From assembly GCA_016748015.1 (NCBI GenBank), contig JAAOMT010000429.1:124001-188000 (forward strand): a stretch of 64,000 bases of DNA, written 5' to 3'. Position numbers and translations under genes: made by a program. Numbering within the stretch: the first letter of the stretch is position 1; every line of letters begins with the position of its first letter. Under the pieces are notes generated by a model. The model was not told the origin of the DNA. It was given only the letters and a program-made list of their open reading frames with translations, and did not search any database. Source of the stretch: Geosiphon pyriformis uo1. Taxonomy: Eukaryota > Fungi > Glomeromycota. Positions 50,031-61,877 of the stretch are shown here, piece after piece.

Positions 50031-52672
50031 TTGCTTGACTATAAGGCCACTATTGGCTGTAGTATTGCTATTATAAAGAAAACTGTTAAAAGTTCTGGTT
50101 TTGGCACTAATAGTAGGAATGTTGTTTTTAGGAAGAAAAGAAAGAGTGTTGTGCTAAAGAATAGTATTACTTATGATATAGCTTTTACTAATAAGATGGT
50201 TAGAAATTCTTGGAATTCTAAAGTTAGAAATACAACTGAATCTGATAATGTTAACATAGAAAAGAAATTTCTAGTAAAAAAAACCAGTGTAAATTATGAT
50301 AAAAAGAATGTGTCTATTGAAAGTAATTCTGATCAAATACCAAAGAGACTGAGATTGGTGACAAAAAAGACTTTGAAAACATCTTTGGAAAAGATAAATT
50401 TTTTGGTTTACAATAATGATGATGTTTTTTTGAATGTTTCTGTAGTCCTCTCTCCTTTTCTAAAAAACTTGGTTAATATTCAAGTCAGAAAGTCTTTTGC
50501 TATGAATATTGAACCAGATAAATTGCCAAGAAATCATCTTAAAAGAAGCTAACAGTGGTCAGAAAAATATTTTCAAAAATCAATAATTTTAGAGAAGCCT
50601 CTATTTTCTCAAAATTTGCTGAAATCATCAGAGCAACATTTATTTCTAAATTGAGCTTGGCACAAGTTTCTAAAATGGCAAAGATGGCAAAAATTTTGGT
50701 AAATATTGATCTTAAGAAATTTACTGGTTGTGTAAATTGGGCTGTGATAATAAAAGAAATTTCTGTTAGAACATCAGCTAAAACTGTACACATTGTACTA
50801 TTTGAGTTTAAAATAATTAAGTCAATTAAGATGCAGTTGGTGGAACTTTGGCAGAAAACTGTAGTTGAGTTTGAGCAATCAGAGCATGCTAATTTAGTCA
50901 CAGCAAAGTGGTCCATTCTAATTGGAAAAAATGCTATACATGTTGCTAGATCTGATAAGGACAAGAAATCTTGAGATAAAAGAGATATTCATAAAGTGCT
51001 GTTTTACACTTTGCTTTTGGGAACCAATACACATAATATTTGGGATTATGTCAGCTCAATAGATGAAAAAATTTGTATTATTGACTGCCATCTAGTTACT
51101 TATGCTCAGACCAAATATGCAATTGTTTGTTTTGACTCTACACCTTCTCTGGATGTTGTTATGGAGACCACACCAGTATTATAGAATGCTATTACTCATA
51201 AAAAGAAAACAGATATAGAAAAACAGTAGACTAATAAGAGAGTAGTAGTTAGCATATAAACATATTGCTCAGCAATGTAAGCATTACTTGAGAAATTATA
51301 GAACATTGTTTGAGAATGTAAGCAATCTTGTAGAACTCAAATTATGTATATATAGCAGTAATATCAAAAGTTAAAAAATTAGTCAAGGAGACTCAAAGTC
51401 AATTGATTTGTAGAGTCAATTAGACTCATAGAATTAATTAGACTCATAAATCATAATTATTAAAAATAAAAAAAAAAAGAATCGGAGAGTTAAAAATCTT
51501 CCATCCACAAATATTAAATAAATAAATTATTTACCATCCAAATCCACTCTTTATTATCAATACTTTATGTTGATAGTAATTAATACTTAACCATACTGGA
51601 ACAATAGCTCTTGATCATGGCTATTGACAGGATACTAATTTGCAATTGCTTTTGTTTATTTTTTTATTTTCTTTTATTTTATTTTATTTTTTTTTGTTAT
51701 TTTTTTGGTTTTACTAAATTGATTAAGGATTAAGTGCTGAGATACAGATGTTATAGAGACTGGTAAAAGACCAATGAAACAAGGGTAGAACACTCATAGA
51801 TTTGAGAATAGCTTACTAAGAGGATTACCAGCCATCACATTGAGAAAAAAATTTGACAGAATTGCAATTCCAGAAGGCTACTGAAAACAACTATTAAATC
51901 TCTGTCCATTATACAAAGAACTTTACAACCAAAACCTTCAGATATCAACACCTGAGTACCAATTAAACACCAAGTTACAGATTTGTTATTTGACTTGAGA
52001 CCCCAAATAATCATCTGTAACAATGCTAATCTATATTGGTCTCAATTGGACTTTGCCAAATATACTAAGTATGAAAAATTGGGTTATACATTATTGGACT
52101 GTATTTCTGGTAAGAAAAATTCTCTTGGTGTTCCTTTTCATAAGATGCTATTTAAGAAAGATAAAAGCAGATTGGTTTCCGTTTATATTAAGTATTTAAT
52201 TCTTATTGCTCACTCTGTCTTTTTTGGTAGTGCTTCTTGGACAAAAATTGTTGGTGGATCTTTTTTTCCTTTACATAATAATTTGGCTTATTCTGATTCT
52301 TTTTCAAAGATAAAACCTCTTTTGCCTATTGTTAATAAGTTGGAATTATGTTTGGTAAACATTAAAAGCAGTCTTACCAGTCTTACAAAACAAATTGGTA
52401 AGTTGATTAAGAGATTGAAGTTACTTGTGCTGATGATTTCCCAGTCTAACCTTGAATATCAGCCATTGGTGACTCCTCCATCACAAAATCAGGACTTGAA
52501 TAAGACTATTAATAGTAAGACTGTTATGGTTTTGGGCTTTTCTGTCCTCTCTAATATAGTGTGATTGGAAAACATGCTAGAAGAACTTACTGCTTCAGTG
52601 CTGAGTCTGTTAGCACATTTTAATAGTTTGGTTTTGGCTGGTAGTACACTTTTTAAACCCCTTTTTCAATGA
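50031..52672 (+). pseudogene. LINE ORF1 (disrupted)
   Basis: ORFs 50031-50552, 50555-50974, 50996-51184 and 51983-52564. The frame re-joins across J as TTPVL*NANLYWSQL; ends KPLFQ*. Confidence 0.75.
51190..52022 (+). mobile_element. Solo LTR J (family-1 R/U5 with a different U3)
   Basis: Perfect TSD ATGC at 51186-51189 and 52023-52026. Confidence 0.9.
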
Positions 52673-55175
52673 GTGATCTGATGTAGAAAATTGCTACAAG
52701 CAATATTAGGAGAATGAACAATTCTACAAAACAGATTGATATCATTTGTTAGCACAAAGACATAAACAATTTGGTTTCTATTTTCACAGAAATAAAGCTG
52801 AAAGAAAAGGTTTACCCATAGATTGTCAACAAGTTTAATGGTATTCAGGTATTTATTTTTAATTTAGATTCTGGGTATTTGAGTGCTAGTGTTGTAATTG
52901 TCATGAATTTTTTTTTGGCAAAACATGTGTATAAGGTTTCTAAGATGCCTGGTTGGCTTCTTTCTATTAAGTTACTTTTCAAAAATAAACTTTCTGTTTC
53001 AATTTTGGGGCTTTATGCTGGTGTTTTCTCAGTGGTTTGATTTTCTCAAGCTAGTAAAATCAATTTTCTGATTGTGAAGACTGTGAATAAGTTTTCTTTT
53101 ATCATTCTAGGTGGCAATTTTAATAAAAATGATTTCCATAAATGTGCTAGTTTCAAGAAGTGCCTTGATTTGGGATTGGTTAATTTGTTGGTTAGAAGTT
53201 TACTTACAAGATTGTTTACATAGAAGAATTCTAAAGGTGTGTTTAAAACAATTGATTACATGTTTGTCTTTTTGAATTTGGTTAATACAATAGTAGATTG
53301 TAAAGTTAAAGATATTAGTGATTACTTTAACTCAGATTACCAAGCCATTTTTGTTTCTGTTGGTTTGAATGGCTTGTTGAATATACATCTGAATTTTTTG
53401 TGTAAACAGGCTAATAAAAACCATTGAAAATTTGACATTAAATATGTTGATGAGACAAAATAGACTAATTTTAAGAATACTATGATAACTAATATAGTCT
53501 TGTTTTTTGATAAGTTTATCTTTTTTAATAAGTTTTCAGATCTAGATTTTATGTAAGATGTTGTTTGCAAAGTGATGATTTTTTTGGTTAGAAAGATATT
53601 TGAGAAAAAATGGTTCAAAAACTTTGATAATGTCTTTACCAAGAACTTTTCAAAATTTCACAGACTGAAAGTTTTGATTTTAAAGATTGTTAAGACTTCT
53701 CATATGAAAGGCAATAATAGGTTTGCATTTTTAATAAGCAGCTAAACAGTTTTAAACTTTGATAAGACTTTAACTATTCAAGTTCTATTCAAGTTTTGAT
53801 CATGTAAGATTTACTCTTTTTGGCATAAGAAAAACTTATTATGCTTTTAAGCTTGCTGAATTTCTAAAGACTAAAAAGTCAGATATTAGGTCTGCCATTA
53901 ATAAATAAATAGAAAGTTTTGCTTCTGATAAAGATCACACTATCAAGAATGTATTAGAACATTTTTTTTATAAGGTGGAATTGGATTATCTAGTTATTAA
54001 TAATAAATTGATTCTGGAATCTGATCTGGTTAAGGCCAAGATAGATGTGATTATAGAAGGATAGATTAGAGAATGTGTAATGGTTTCTGATATCTTTGAT
54101 AATTGGTTTTGTTAATACCAGCCATTGAAATATGTTTTTAATAATGCTTTTTCAGATGTAATGTGTCCAGTTGGCTTTAATAAATTGTTTTGTGTAATTT
54201 TTGATCTGCTTGATGACAAAGCTGCTGGTTTTTCTAATATTTCAAATAAGCTTTGAAAACATTACAACAAATCAGTTTTAGATATGCTTTTAGTGTTTTT
54301 GAACACTTGTTTGTCTTGCAAATTTATGCCCAGTTCTTGAAAAGATACTTGGATCTCAATAATCTTCAAACCATATAAATAAAAGGATGTTTTCATAAAT
54401 ACTTGTCCTATCACTCTAATTGAAATGGCTCATAAGATTTTTTCTAAGATTTTGTCTAATAAGATTTTATTGACATGCAACATTTTTAATGTTCTTTATG
54501 GAGACAATTTTTCAGTTCTAAAAGATACAATTATGCAATCTCCAATTTGTGTAGTTGACTCTATAATAAAAGATGCTTTGGAAAAGAACTGTGAACTCTG
54601 GCTGGTTTTGCAAGACATACAAAAGACTTACAATTCTGTTGGTTGGGAGCAGCTTAAAAAAAGCTTGATTAGAATTAAAATATATAGCAAATTTATTTCT
54701 TTTTTCAGTAGTATTCACGATAATTGCATCAACAGAGTTATGACAGACTTTGATTTAACAGGTAGTTATTATGTGCATGATGCTTTAGATGAAGAAAAAG
54801 TCTTCTTACTTTTTCTTTGGTATATATTTTACAATTCTCTTCTTTGTAAAGTCAATAGACAAAAAAGTGTGTATAAATATAGATTAAATTTTTACTTTAT
54901 TTTAAGAAATAGTCATGCAAAATCTAAAGCTAGGTTGTCTTCTTTTTTCACTATTAAAGCTTTTGTTGATGATACAATTTGGGTTGATAGCAGTCAAAGT
55001 GCCACCCAACATATTTTCAATGTTATCAGTGAATTTTTTTGGATTAATAACATTTCTATCAATACCAACAAGACTGTAGTTATTCTTATTAATTGCAAAG
55101 TTGTTAGTTCTACTTTGTTTATTAGTGGCTTGCCTATTTTTATTGCCAAAAAAAAAGAATTTCATTAATACTTGG
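52669..55175 (+). pseudogene. LINE ORF2: APE endonuclease + reverse transcriptase (disrupted)
   Basis: KIATSNIRRMN, IFTEIKL, ILGGNFN, TIDYMFV and SDYQAI (APE motifs); CPITLIE, VLQDIQKTYNSV, AFVDDTIWV, INTNKT and YLG (RT motifs). Confidence 0.88.
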
Positions 55176-56156
55176 TGTTACCAGACGAAATTAGAGATAT
55201 TATTTAGCATGAAATTATCTTTATAATTCTTATCATTAATTAGCATATATTATCGTTCAAATTACTACTTATTATATTAGCAAAATATCTGAAATTATTA
55301 TTTAATTAATAAACTCAATTTGCACATAACATAAATATAACCTAATTGCAATGATCAATCATGTAATACTCTGAACTATATAACATTCAAAAAGTTCGCC
55401 GAAATTTGTAGAAATTTGCCGAAATAATTGATAGTTCACCGAAATATCTAATAGTTCACAGAAATAACTTGTAGTTCACTGAAATGTATCTTTAATTCAG
55501 CAAAATTGTAAAAAAGAGCAAAGTTCAAGTTCATAAAATAGTGTTACGACAAATTGTATAAAAGAAGAGCTTCTCTTTTCGAGAAAATGTATCTTACTTT
55601 AGATTTATCATTTAGAACCATTTCTACATACACAAAAAGAAATAAATATCAAATAATTTGAAAAACCAAATTCTTTAATTATTGTACTTGGAAAATCCCC
55701 AAAACCCAACTAACGTTTTGAAATTGATTAGCTACCAATTTCAGTAAACTGTTAGTGACTCCAGGCCTGAATAGAAAAACGTTTCTCTTGATAAAATTCT
55801 ATTTCTTTTACATTTCTTTTATTTTTCTTTTTTTTTCTTATTACAATCATTAGGGTAGCCTACAGACGAGATTCCTGTAGAAGAGTTGACTTTCACAGCA
55901 AAGTAACTACACATTTTTAGTGAGCTTTCAGACAAGCAATTCCTGGGAAAGAGTTGACGTTTACTACAATGTAACTATACAAAGTAACTGGTATGGAATT
56001 GGCCATTCCACTTATAAGCCCAGCAGTTCAAATTATAGGAGATAATTTGAAAATAAATTCAGTTACTGGAGGTTCAACCACATCCAGAAAATGAGAATTC
56101 ACAGCAAACAGGTATCAACAACATTTAAGAAAAGAGACCAAAAACCTCCAGTAACA
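55176..56156 (+). repeat. 5' LTR of I
   Basis: tgttaccagac...ccagtaaca; reverse-complement homologue of 46087-47058. Confidence 0.95.
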
Positions 56157-56201
56157 TTTGGTGCTCTCCCATGGAAACAACATAGCAAAAACAACTTCAA
56201 A

Positions 56202-59200
56202 GTGACGACCACACCAGATACAACAACTCTAGAGTATTACCAATCAATTTACACCCACTGCAAGCAAAGATTCAACATTCCAGATGGAATTGAAGTTGTC
56301 AAGAAATCAGTATACCAATATATTGAAAACTGCATCAACAATTATTTTTTTGGAAATTACAATATCTCAGAAGTTAGAGGCAATCTTTATAATAATTTAG
56401 TACACTATTCACAGTTGGAAACTGAATACCTTAACAGTGAAACACTTGCCACTTACTTTCAAGAACTTAATTTTAACATTATCAAGTACTGTGAAAAAAC
56501 ATATCCAGTGCAGTTTCAATATTCTATTGATTTTGAATCAGAGACAGAAACAAGCAACAAAGACAAACAAAAATTGAAGCAATACTCAAAAACCACCCCA
56601 AATACTTCAATACTACCAAAAACAACTGCCAAACACTTACAAACACTTAAACAAGGAACTAGTTCAAAACTTCCACTTACTATTACTTTTTTTCCAGCTT
56701 CACTTGCACAAGCACAAACTCCTAATTCACTCTTAAATTGATTTGCAAGACTAGAAGATTTTACATCACCCAGAAGTCCCACCAGACAACAAGAACCCCT
56801 TCAAACTAGTTCTAATTTTCTTGACTTTCTAGCTGAAAATCATAGTGAACACTCTGAGACAGCAGTGAACGAAAAAAATGACTCTGAAATATCTGAAGAA
56901 GAATCAATAGACAGTGAAAATGAAGAAGATGAAATAACAGCATACATTGCAAAAATTCCTGAATTTAATAGAGAAGACATTGAAACCAGTCCCCAAGAAT
57001 GGCTCGACCAAGTTACTAAAGCTGAAGATACAAATGGATGGAATGCTGCTCGAATGTTAAGAACAATTCTTTACTTTCTCAAAGGAACAGCAGGAGAATG
57101 GTTTGAAAACTTGACCACCTCTTTTAATGACTGGACAGCTTTCAAAACTGCCTTCTTAAAACAATTCACCGATAACAACACCTCAATCACATTTCGAAAT
57201 TGTTTTCACAATATCAAACAAGAATCCTCCAAATCTGTTATGACTTATATTGGGAAATTCAACAAATGTCTCAGACAAATTCGCCAACTTGAAACTAATA
57301 ATTATTATTCCAATGCTCAAATTTTGGATCAATTTATCACTGGTTTAAAGGATAAACTGATTAAAAAGGTTCGCCCACATGCTCCAGAAGATTTAAACTC
57401 TGCCATTTAGCATGTAAAGAGATATAAAATGGTCATAGAAAAAGCCAATCATACAAAACTCATGAACTTAGCCATTGGATAAACCAGCTCAGCAGCTAAA
57501 GAGAAAATTGACCAACTTGCAAAGAAAATCATTTCATCAACTAACAACAACAGCAACCCCAAAAATATCAACTACCCTAAAGACGGAATCAAAACAATTT
57601 CATATCATCTTCTAATAACCAGCCTCAGATTTGCCATTACTGTAGAATCTCTGGCCACTGGAAAAAAAATTGCAGAAAGCTACAACAAGATCAACAAAAT
57701 AGGAGTAATCAACGTTACCCTCCACCACAGCAATCTTATTATCAACCACCACCACCAGCTTACTATCTATCAAGACCCCAATACCAAAATAACTATTATC
57801 AGTCCGCTCCACAGCCAATTTAACAACAATACCAACAACCACCCACACAACATTATCAAGTACCTGCTCGAAAATTAATTCTGCAAAATCAATTTACACC
57901 ACAAAACCAATACCAAGTAAACAACAATAGAATCAATTCAAACAACCAATTGGTTCCCCGAAATTCAGTTCAACCAAGACTCAACCACTATCATACTTAA
58001 CCTAGTTATCTTATGATGCCAGAAGAACAGAATTTTCACCATACTGCACTCTCAGAAAATAGAGCTGTAGCACAACAACAAAACCCTTTCTATATTTCTA
58101 CCACAATCTCACCAGCCAGAATTGCTGAAAACACCAATCTTTCAGATATATTTCCTTTCAAATTTGAAGCAAATGAATCACCATTCTTGCTTAGCAATGC
58201 AGCGGTTAACAAGCAAAAAGCCATTACTGCAATGTACACAGAAGCTGAAGTAGAAGGAAAGCCAATTTGCTTGATCCTAGACAGTGGATCTACTGGAAGC
58301 ATTATCACATATCAATTGATGCAGCAGCTAAAGAGAAATGTTGACCGACCAGCTCAGACAATCATTGTCACTGCTGATGGCATGAAAAAAACTCCAGTAA
58401 GAGAGATTGAAAACTTCTTATTCACAATTGACAGAATCACTATTCCAGTCAAAGTTCTGGTCATAGATGCTCCCCAATACCAAGCTCTCATTGAAAATGA
58501 TTGGCTTCAAAAAGCCAATGCTAATCTGAATTGGAAGACACAAGAGTTAACAATCTCTTATTAAGAACAACATGCCCGAGTACCTGCCACTTGTGGTACA
58601 TTCAACAAACGCTCTGAAAAAGCCCCGGCTTTTGAATTCGAACCGGAAGAAGAAAAGCCCATCATTGAAACATTTATGGCACTTGGGTCAATTTTTAATT
58701 GGGCCAATGAAACTAAACAATAGTACTTTTTAACAAATAATTCTCTTGAAACAAAAAAACCAGTGACAGCCAGATGGAATGTTCTCTATTCAAAACCAGA
58801 ACCACAAAAACAACACCCCTACATTCCACTCAAATGCAAGGACTGCCACAAGAAACTCTTCTCAATGGGAGCCTGCATTTCACCTGAAGAAGAATATGAA
58901 AATCATACTTGTTATTGCTGCAAGGCTTGCCACAGAGAATGATGGGGCCATCTAATAAAAAGAAGCAGAAAATGGGACAACACCCCTTGTTTGACTTGTG
59001 GAGATATGCTACCAGAAGAATGCAATTGGATTGATGTAGCAATGAGAAGAGGAGTCTGCAATCAGACCTGCCAATATGCTTTATAAATTTCAGAAAAAGT
59101 AAAAAGAGAAACACCCTTTAATGCAGCATATAACAGTGCTCTCAACAAACTTTATTACTACTCCCATGATGCTGAAATGATTTTCGACCTAGCAATGGCA

Positions 59201-61831
59201 TTAATTAATAGAGCTATCAAAGAAGATGTCCATCAAATGAAGGAAGCAGAATACATTGAATACACCATAGAATTAGCTGGATTCGATTACGAAGATGAAG
59301 TAGAAGTCTACCACCAAATTGCAAGTCACATCTACCCAATCCAAGAAGCTCAAATTCAACAATTAGAGCAAATAAACATTAGGCTATGTAAAGAATGCAT
59401 TATGTCTTGTGATGAACAGTGGTGTCCTGAATGCTATGTCTTTAGCATTTCATTACTCAGTGAAAGTAACGAATATGAAATCAAATTTGGTGAACCTGAA
59501 GCAACAGAAGAAATTGAAACATCACCCATTTATCTCATCAAAAACCAGCCTGCCTTACAACTCAAATACTTTAACAACCATGGACAAGGAATAAAACCTG
59601 GAAAAGCACATGAAATTGATGCTGGATATGACCTAAAATATTCAGACAAGGATACTCTTATTCTCAAACCCAAATCTCTTACAAAAATTAACCTCAAAAT
59701 TGCTCTCGAAATTCCGCCAGGAGCAATAGTTCAAATTGCCTCCTGGTTCTCTCTGGCAAGCAAAGGAATCAATGTTAAAGGAGGAATAATTGATGCTAAA
59801 TATACTGGTAATCTAACAGTAATACTCCAAAATGAAACCAATAAATCTTTCAAGATTGAACATGTTGAAAAAATTGCCCAAGCTATTTATCTACCCTTAA
59901 TCAACATTTCGGGTTTACAATTAGTCAATCAAAGAGAACTATTGGAAAAAAGTGAAAGAGGAACCCAAGGTTTTGGTTCAACTGGACAATTCACAGTTTT
60001 AGTAAACATAGCCCTCAACAAACAGAAAAAATTTTACCAGATTCTATGACTTCTACAACCAATTACTATTTCACCCTTTGGAAAACATCCGGAAATCTAC
60101 ACCTGTCCAAAGTCAACAACCACACAACAAATTTTTGAATCCAACAAACAAGTCTCCTTGGAACATAATATCTCAATCCCAAACATTTATATTCCAGAAG
60201 AAACAAAAAAAGTCTGAGTTATTTTTTACAATCCCAACAATTATCCCATAGTTTTATTAAATAACTTAGAAATTGGAATCATTTACAATAACATCTTTCA
60301 ACAAGAATTACCCCAGACAATTCCCAATTTCTCAGAAATCATTGAACATTCACTACTAAAAATCAACCCAAATCACAGTTCTGAGAACTACCATGTTGTC
60401 ATGGAAAAACTATCTCGAATCAACATGAGACAACTTGAACCATAACAGCAGAACCAGCTCAAAGAGTTAATTGCAGAATTTGCTAATATCTTTGCTAAAA
60501 ACAACAATGACTTAGGAAGAACCAATTTGGTTCAACACCAAATCTATACAGAAAATGCCAAACCAAGGCGACAACAAGCCTACTGAGTTGCTCCAGAAAG
60601 TCACCAATTTATCTGAGAAAAAATGCAACGAATGCTTAACAATGGCCTTATTTAACCATCAATAAATTCATGGGCTTTACCTGTGGTTCTAGTTAAAAAG
60701 AAAAATGAAAAGATACAATTTTGTGTTGATTATTGACAACTCAACAGCATCACTATTGGAGATGCCTACCCTCTTCCCTGAATTCATGATATGTTGGATG
60801 CCCTTGGAAAGTTTGAATACTTTTCGACATTAGATTTAGAGAGCAGATACTAGCAAGTTGTCATAGATTCCAAAGATCGCCCCAAAACAGCATTCACCAC
60901 TCAAGGAGGAAACTACGAGTTCAACGTAATGCCTTTTGGATTATGCAATGCACCAGCAATATTTCAAAGACTCATGAATGTTGTTTACAAAGGCCTCCTT
61001 TGGAAATCAGTGGTTGTCTATCTCGATAATACTGATGTTTATTCACCATCTTTTGAATTACACTTAAAACACCTGTGCGAAGTTTTTCAACAATTATGGA
61101 AAGCAGGATTGAAACTGAACATCAAAAAATGCTACTTCAAAAAAACGAGTCTGGCCTTTTTTGGTTACATTGTTAGCAAAGATGAAATTAAACCAGATCC
61201 CAGAAAAATCAGCACTGTCAAAAACTTCAAGACTCCTCCACAAAATACTACAGAATTGAGAGGATTTATTAGATTAGCTTTCTATTACCAAAAATTCATC
61301 AAAAGATTCTCAGAAATCACAAAACCTCTCAACCAGCTCACTACTAAAAATGTCAAATACAAATGGACAGAAGAACACCAAAAAGCTTTTGAAATTCTCA
61401 AGAAAAAGCTAACAACAGCTCCAATTCTCGTCTACCCAGACTTCAGTAACCAATTTCGACTAGCTACAGATGCTTTTTACACTGTCTTTGGTGCCATCTT
61501 ATCACAATTAGATGACAATGGAAATGAGCAAGTAATTGCTTATGCTAGTAGAACATTAAAACCAGCCAAAAAAAACTACTCTGCCACAGAACTAAAAACA
61601 ACAGCCGTAATTTGGGCCCTACACCACTTTAACCTTTATTTCAGGCCTAAAGAATTCGATATTATCACTGATAATATTGAACTCAAATGGCTTCAAAACA
61701 AAAACACCCAACTGAATGCAAAACAAACCTGATAGACAGGATTTTTAGCCAACTACTGATACATTGTACACCACAAACCAGAAAAACTCCACACCAACGT
61801 TGATTGTCTCTCAAGAATAAGGCAAGATTAG
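56202..61831 (+). pseudogene. I gag-PR-Cys-rich-dUTPase-RT-RNase H single ORF (disrupted)
   Basis: ORFs 56865-57410 (capsid), 58013-58564 (LILDSGS), 59177-60049 (all five dUTPase motifs including RGTQGFGSTG) and 60929-61732 (RT/RH). PR through RH share one frame; ends DCLSRIRQD*. Confidence 0.93.
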
Positions 61832-61877
61832 AACATAAAAACAACACCTATTTGAATTAACAACAAAACAACAAACA

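Larger units (their letters stand above)
49990..55175 (+). mobile_element. Non-LTR retrotransposon (LINE), interrupted by solo LTR J and by element I
   Basis: ORF1 ~50031-52672 followed by ORF2 with an APE endonuclease and RT; cut at the YLG motif by I. The 5' end is approximate. Confidence 0.85.

Noticed and set aside
57400-58020. Programmed gag-pol frameshift
   Set aside because: G reads in one frame from capsid through the knuckle to PR. Frame changes in G and I trace to copy-specific small deletions (~44070; ~57530).
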